This document shows, in pieces, positions 59,123 through 64,000 of a DNA stretch of 64,000 nucleotides. The DNA comes from an uncultured delta proteobacterium. GTDB taxonomy: Bacteria; Myxococcota; UBA727; VGSZ01. The notes beneath the pieces are model-generated. The model did no database searches, was not told the origin of the DNA, and was given only the letters and a program-made list of their open reading frames with translations. The position numbers and the translations under genes are program-made. Where the stretch lies: the NCBI GenBank assembly GCA_963775425.1, contig CAVZJB010000006.1:184795-248794 (forward strand), in the 5' to 3' direction. Numbering within the stretch: position 1 is the stretch's first letter; each line of letters begins with the position of its first letter.

Positions 59123-60691
59123 ATGGCCGCATCTCGTCCTCCCAAGCGCCAGAGCGCCGTCAGCTCCATCATCCAGGTGGTCATCGTCGCGGCCCTCGTC
59201 GGCGGCGGGCTCTTCGTCTACTCGCGACGCCAAGCCGAGACCAAACGCGTGATGGACCTCGCCGTCTCGGCGAAGGAGAAGACCGAGGGCGACGACGCCC
59301 CGGCGCTCCTCGAGGCGCGCAAGAAGCTCGCCGAGATCCCCGAGGACAAGATCCTCAAGAACGACGCCATCCTCTCCGCCGACGCCGAGCTCGAGGCGCA
59401 GCTCTTCCAGGCCTACGGCGTCGCCGACGCCAAGGACAAGGCCGAGCGCTACGTCAACATCCTCAAGGATCGCGACGTGCACACCGCCGAGCGCTACGCC
59501 GCCCAGGCGTACCTGCTCCTCGGCGAGGGCCGCGCCAACGAAGCCGAGCAGCTCCTCGTCGACCTCGTGCAGAACAAGGGCGCGCGCCACGCCAAGCTGT
59601 TGCACGCGCTCTCCGTCGCCAAGCTCGCGCAGGGCAAGGCCAAGGAGGCGGTGCAGGCAGCCAAGGAGGGGGAGAAGCTCTCCACCACGCTGGTGCGCCT
59701 GCCCATCGCCGAGGGCGACGCGCTGCTCGCGCTCGGGAACATCCCGTCGGCCGCGGCGGCCTACCTCAAGGCCACCAAGCTCAACCCGGACCACGTCCGC
59801 GCGCGTACGGCGCTCGCGCTCACCGCCGCCATCTCGCGGCAGGGCAAGCCCGAGCTTCTGCGCAAGAGCCTCGACACGCTGCTCGAGGACGCAAAGACCA
59901 AGGTTGGCGGCGAGCCGCCGCCGCGCGTCGTCGGCTTCATCCAGTACGCCAAGGGGGAGATCTACCTCGTCGACAACGACGCCAAAAACGCGCTCGTCCA
60001 GGCCGACGCGTCCATCAAGACCGACCCCACGCAGCCGCTGACCTTCGCGCTCAAGGGCCGCGCGCTGGCCAAGCTCGGCAAGATCGCCGACGCCAAGAAG
60101 GCGTTCGACCAGGCGCTCGCGCTCGCTCCCTCTTCGCTGCCCATCGCCGTGGCCGCCAACGCCGTGCTCGCGCGCGACAAGCGCCCCGACGACGGCATCG
60201 CGTACCTCCAGAAGGTGCAGGCGGCGAATCCGGAGAACGGCATGGTGTACGTCGAGCTGTCGCTGGCGCAGTCCGAGGCGGGCAAGGCGAAGGACGCGCT
60301 CAAGAACGCCGACGAGGCCATCAAGAAGCTCGGCAACGCCCACGACCGCGCGGTGTTCGCGAAGGGCCGCGCGCTCCAGGCCGACGGCCAGCTCGACAAG
60401 GCCCGCGAGACCTACGGGGACGCCCTCAGCGACCACGCCAACCAGGACTGGCCCGAGCTCTTCTACGCGATGGCCGAGCTGCGCATGACGGAGAAGAACT
60501 ACGACGAGGCCGCCGGTCTCTACGACAAGGCCATCGAGCTGTGGGACAAGCAGGGCGGCTCCATCGACAACGTCGCCGACGCCTACGAGGGCAAGGGCAA
60601 GGCGTTCCAGGCCCAGGGCAAGAGGCACCGCAAGGAAGCCGCCGCGGCCTTCGAGAAGGCCGCGGACCTCCGCAAGGGCAACAAGGCTTAG
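59123..60691 (+). CDS. Membrane-anchored tetratricopeptide repeat protein
   Basis: N-terminal TM segment followed by many TPR-like helical repeats. Confidence 0.8.
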   Translation: MAASRPPKRQSAVSSIIQVVIVAALVGGGLFVYSRRQAETKRVMDLAVSAKEKTEGDDAPALLEARKKLAEIPEDKILKNDAILSADAELEAQLFQAYGVADAKDKAERYVNILKDRDVHTAERYAAQAYLLLGEGRANEAEQLLVDLVQNKGARHAKLLHALSVAKLAQGKAKEAVQAAKEGEKLSTTLVRLPIAEGDALLALGNIPSAAAAYLKATKLNPDHVRARTALALTAAISRQGKPELLRKSLDTLLEDAKTKVGGEPPPRVVGFIQYAKGEIYLVDNDAKNALVQADASIKTDPTQPLTFALKGRALAKLGKIADAKKAFDQALALAPSSLPIAVAANAVLARDKRPDDGIAYLQKVQAANPENGMVYVELSLAQSEAGKAKDALKNADEAIKKLGNAHDRAVFAKGRALQADGQLDKARETYGDALSDHANQDWPELFYAMAELRMTEKNYDEAAGLYDKAIELWDKQGGSIDNVADAYEGKGKAFQAQGKRHRKEAAAAFEKAADLRKGNKA

Positions 60692-60745
60692 CGCGCGCCG
60701 AGAGACGGGTTGCGCTGCGTCGTAGCGAGGAGCAGGGTCCGCGCC

Positions 60746-61234
60746 ATGAACGAAGCGACCATGCTCGCCGACGTCATCCGCGGCGACGTCTCCATCGGGG
60801 CAGCACTGGGATTCACGGCCGACGACTTCGGGCACCTCGTCGAGCTCGGCAAGGCGCACCTCAAGAGCGGCCGCGCGGGCGACGCGCGCACGGTCTTCGA
60901 GGGCCTCGCGGCGCTCGAGCCGAACGTCGCGGCGTTTCACCAGCTCGCGGGCATGGCGGCGGAGGCGGGCGGTGACCTCGAGGGCGCCGACGCGTCGTTC
61001 ACCGAGGCCATCCACCACGCCGGCGACGACGTGCGCGGCCCGATGTACCTCTCTCGCGCGTTGGTGCGCATGAAGCTCGATCGGCACGACGACGCCCTCA
61101 CCGACTTTGCCGTCGCCGGCGCCCTGTGCGACCCGGCCAATCCCGTCCTGCAGCAGACGTTGCGCGTCATGGGGGGCGCGTGCGCGGCCATGGTCGCCAA
61201 GAGCCGCGGCGGCGTCGCCGGCGAGGAGGTCTGA
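60746..61234 (+). CDS. TPR protein, SycD/LcrH-like
   Basis: SIGAALGFT leader, ARTVFEGLAALEP; similar size and layout to 38206-38721. Confidence 0.6.
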   Translation: MNEATMLADVIRGDVSIGAALGFTADDFGHLVELGKAHLKSGRAGDARTVFEGLAALEPNVAAFHQLAGMAAEAGGDLEGADASFTEAIHHAGDDVRGPMYLSRALVRMKLDRHDDALTDFAVAGALCDPANPVLQQTLRVMGGACAAMVAKSRGGVAGEEV

Positions 61235-61235
61235 C

Positions 61236-61820
61236 ATGGGGCTCGTCGATTGGGCCGTGGGCAAGGCCGTCTCCGCCAAGCTCTCGTCGTACACGAGCGC
61301 GCATCCGGTGCCGCGCGACATGCCCGCCGCCGACGTCGCGCGGCTCGAGGACATCGCTACGAGCATCGCCAAGAAGGCGCCGGCGCTCGCCGACAGCTTG
61401 AAGAACGCGCTGCCGCCGTCGTTGCCGCCGGAGTCATCGCTCACGCCGGAGATGAGGAACGCCGCGCAGAAGCTCGGCGCGCACCTCATGAACCTCGTGC
61501 CCGCGCACCTCTCCACCGACGTCGCCCAGGCGCGTCAGACGGCGTCCCAAAAGGGCATGGACTACGGCACGGTCGTCGCCAACTACGGCAAGCTCCTGAC
61601 GGCGCTGCCCGCCACCAAGCACTTCGCCGCCGACATCGGTCCCGCGCTCGTCGCCTTCGCCACAGCCCACAAGATCTCGCCGGCGGAGCTCGGCAAGTTC
61701 CAGGCGAACCTCGACAAGCTCGACAAGATGATCCCTCTCGTCGCCATGGCCGGCGGCGACGCCGGCGCCAAGCTCACGAAGCTCGCCGACCTCGTCGCCC
61801 TGGCCAAGCTCGACACGTAG
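61236..61820 (+). CDS. Hypothetical helical protein
   Basis: GAGGAGG SD, strong GC3 bias, no signal peptide. Confidence 0.65.
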   Translation: MGLVDWAVGKAVSAKLSSYTSAHPVPRDMPAADVARLEDIATSIAKKAPALADSLKNALPPSLPPESSLTPEMRNAAQKLGAHLMNLVPAHLSTDVAQARQTASQKGMDYGTVVANYGKLLTALPATKHFAADIGPALVAFATAHKISPAELGKFQANLDKLDKMIPLVAMAGGDAGAKLTKLADLVALAKLDT

Positions 61821-61821
61821 A

Positions 61822-61945
61822 AGCCGCGAGGTGAGCGCGATCGCGGATGTCGCGGAGGACTTCGGCGTCATCGCGCCCGAGCAGCACGCGGCCATCAAGG
61901 ACCACTGCAAATCACGTGTGCGCCATGCTGCGGCTTTATCGCTGA
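61822..61945 (+). pseudogene. 3' remnant of a four-helix-bundle (23S rRNA IVP-like) gene
   Basis: SREVSAIADV...DHC then, after a frameshift, NHVCAMLRLYR*; matches the C-terminus of 62625-62957. Confidence 0.65.
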
Positions 61946-62196
61946 TGCTTCCGAGCGGCGGGGCTCTCCGGAGCTCCGCCGCTCGCTTCGATCCGGGACG
62001 GGCGACGGGCGACGCGGGACAGATCGAGGGCACGAGCAACGAGGAAATTGCAGGACCCGAGGTGCGCGCGTGCGACACGTCGGCATCTCGGCGGCCAGCA
62101 AGCGGATCGCGGCCGGCGGCAAGCGGATCTCGACGGCGGGCCATCGAGCGTCCTACCGCGCGGCGAATGGGTTCGAAACGCGCGCCCGGTGCGACG
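61870..62196 (+). repeat. ~330-bp segment duplicated at 63383-63712
   Basis: Near-identical sequence from ATCGC.CCCGAGCAGCACGC to GAAACGCGCGCCCGGTG. Confidence 0.9.
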
Positions 62197-62403
62197 GTTT
62201 CCGAACCGCGCTGCGAAACGACGACGGCATTGCGGCCGGCGCGTAGGGCGCCCCCTCGTGGGGCGCGTCGGGGGGACCGGCACCTTCGATGGCGCCGGGT
62301 CACTCCGATGCGGGGGCAAGCCCCCGCCCTACGGGTCGTCGACGTAGCCGAGGACGCGAACGGGTTCGAAACGCGCGCCCGGTGTGACGACTTTCAAACG
62401 GCC

Positions 62404-62452
62404 TGAGCAACCCGGGACATAGGTGACGTTTCAGACCGGAGACATAGGTGAC
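62404..62452. mobile_element. IS481-family-like terminal inverted repeat remnant
   Basis: TGAGCAACCCGGGACATAGGTGAC-GTTTCAGACC-GGAGACATAGGTGAC: TGA terminus with two direct GACATAGGTGAC sites; no transposase in window. Confidence 0.55.
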
Positions 62453-62624
62453 GGGTGATGGGCGACGCGAGAGAGATTGAGGAGACGAGGAACAAGGACG
62501 AGGAACACGAGGTGCGCGGAAGCGACATCGACTCGGACGCTCGGCCGGCGGCCAGCGGATCGCGGCCGGCGGAGATCGGACCTCGACGCGCGGCGAGGAC
62601 AATCCCCGCCGCGCGCGGCGAGCC

Positions 62625-62957
62625 TCAGCGAAACTTGTAGAGCATGGCGCAGAAGTGGTCGCAGCGGTCCTGGCCGACGTCGCGCTCCGCGGCGGTGACG
62701 GCCTCGCTCAGGAACCCGATGTCGAGGATGGCGCTCACCTCGCGCGCGCTCCCGGCGGCGATGTCGAAGTACCGCGCGCGCTCCTTCGCCGACTGCTTGC
62801 GACAGCCCTCGGAGAAATTGAGCGTGATGGATGACGACGCGCGGCGCAGTTGGTCCTTGAGGTCCGCGAAGCCCGGCGGAAACTGCTTCGCGAGCTGGAA
62901 GCACTGGCCGTAGATCTCCAGCGACTTCCCGTAGAGGCGAGTGTCTCGGTAGTCCAT
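62625..62957 (-). CDS. Four helix bundle protein (23S rRNA intervening sequence protein family)
   Basis: LKDQLRRASSSITLNFSEG, RYFDIAAGSAREV; AAGGAGG SD. Confidence 0.9.
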   Translation of the reverse strand: MDYRDTRLYGKSLEIYGQCFQLAKQFPPGFADLKDQLRRASSSITLNFSEGCRKQSAKERARYFDIAAGSAREVSAILDIGFLSEAVTAAERDVGQDRCDHFCAMLYKFR

Positions 62958-63223
62958 GTTCAATCCTCCTTCGAAGGCCGAGCACGGCGGCCTTCAAAGC
63001 CTGCGTGGCCGCCGCGCGCAGGCCGAGAAGGAGGACGAACATGGCCTCGGGGTCACTCGCCGTTTCAGGAAGTGCTGTCGGCCGTAGGCCGGTTCTCGAC
63101 GAGAGAGTGCTCGCGCTTCATGGCCTGGCCCGTGCGGTCTTCGCGAGCCCCGACGTGGGGCCCTCAAGCGCTTCGCGCTTTTGACGAGGGCCCCACGTCG
63201 GGGATCCGCAAGGAGACCAGGCC

Positions 63224-63455
63224 ATGAAGCACGAGCACTCCCGCATCTACCTCACCTCGCGCGCCCTCAACCGCGAGGCCGCCGCGCTCGCCAACCGGCT
63301 GCCGCGTGGCTTCAGCAACCTGAAGGACCAGCTTCGCCGCGCGTCGGCTTCGGTGACGTTGAGCTTCTGCGAGGGGAGCCGGATCGCTCCCGAGCAGCAC
63401 GCAGCCATCAAGGAACTGCAATCACGTGTGCGCCATGCTGCGGCTTTATCGCTGA
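63224..63455 (+). pseudogene. Four helix bundle protein with internal deletion and frameshift
   Basis: LKDQLRRASASVTLSFCEG joins directly to IAPEQHAAIKE, lacking the GSAREV segment; NHVCAMLRLYR* is out of frame. Confidence 0.7.
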
Positions 63456-63679
63456 TGCTTCCGAGCGGCGGGGCTCTCCGGAGCTCCGCCGCTCGCTTCG
63501 ATCCGGGACGGGCGACGGGCGACGGGCGACAGATCGAGGGCACGAGCAACGAGGAACGAGGAAATTGCAGGACCCGAGGTGCGCGCGTGCGACACGTCGG
63601 CATCTCGGCGGCCGGCAAGCGGATCGCGGCCGGCGGCAAGCGGATCTCGACGGCGGGCCATCGAGCGTCCTACCGCGCG

Positions 63680-64000
63680 GCGAATGGTTTGAAACGCGCG
63701 CCCGGTGTGACGATTTGCGAAGCGCGGTGCGTAGGGCGGGGGCTTGTCCCCCGTATCCCCACGCGCGCCCGCCGACGGAAAAGGCGGGGGACGAGCCCCC
63801 GCCCTACGGGTCGTCGACGTAGCCGACGTCGCGAATGGGCTCGAAACGCGCGCCCGGTGTGACGATTTGCGAAGCGCGGTGCGTAGGGCGGGGGCTTGTC
63901 CCCCGTATCCCCACGCGCGCCCGCCGACGGAAAAGGCGGGGGACGAGCCCCCGCCCTACGGGTCGTCGACGTAGCCGACGTCGCGAATGGGCTCGAAACG
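63680..64000 (+). repeat. ~152-bp tandem repeat containing GTAG-type REP inverted pairs
   Basis: Units start at 63680, 63831 and 63983; each full unit has GTAGGGCGGGGGCTTGTCCCCCG...CGGGGGACGAGCCCCCGCCCTAC. Confidence 0.9.

Noticed and set aside
63680-64000. CRISPR array or coding repeat
   Set aside because: Units are 152 bp, nearly identical throughout, with REP-type inverted arms; the ORFs across them are not protein-like.
61822-64000. Diversity-generating retroelement (Avd-like gene plus near-identical repeats)
   Set aside because: No reverse transcriptase in the window, and differences between copies are not adenine-specific and include indels.

Overview
Very GC-rich (about 70%+) bacterial chromosomal window with Myxococcota/deltaproteobacterial hallmarks (inferred from many lipoproteins, a MYXO-CTERM-like tail, tandem Ser/Thr kinases and SycD-like TPR proteins). 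It holds about 55 genes. Housekeeping genes: PBP1A, yceD, rpmF, plsX, asnS, tdk-upp-like-hpt, wecE-like aminotransferase, Slt, and a NarL-type two-component pair. Other genes: a MacAB-TolC-like exporter with two adaptors, poly(Glu-Gly) lipoproteins, and a cell-wall hydrolase cluster with a T3SS-type chaperone/substrate pair. The right end has four-helix-bundle genes amid REP-like repeats and an IS481-like end. Best leads: (1) a small protein ending in two xxGGE motifs, translationally coupled to a PaaK-like adenylating enzyme (possible new peptide-modification system); (2) a dispersed ~28-bp hairpin repeat found in tandem, at gene junctions and inside coding sequences; (3) orphan SycD-chaperone/substrate pairs; (4) a methyltransferase-like domain fused to a ~1250-aa coiled coil beside sugar-nucleotide genes; (5) YceD with a histone-H1-like tail. 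Several single-base frameshifts look like assembly errors. No rRNA, tRNA or CRISPR array was seen. All calls come from motif recognition, without database searches.
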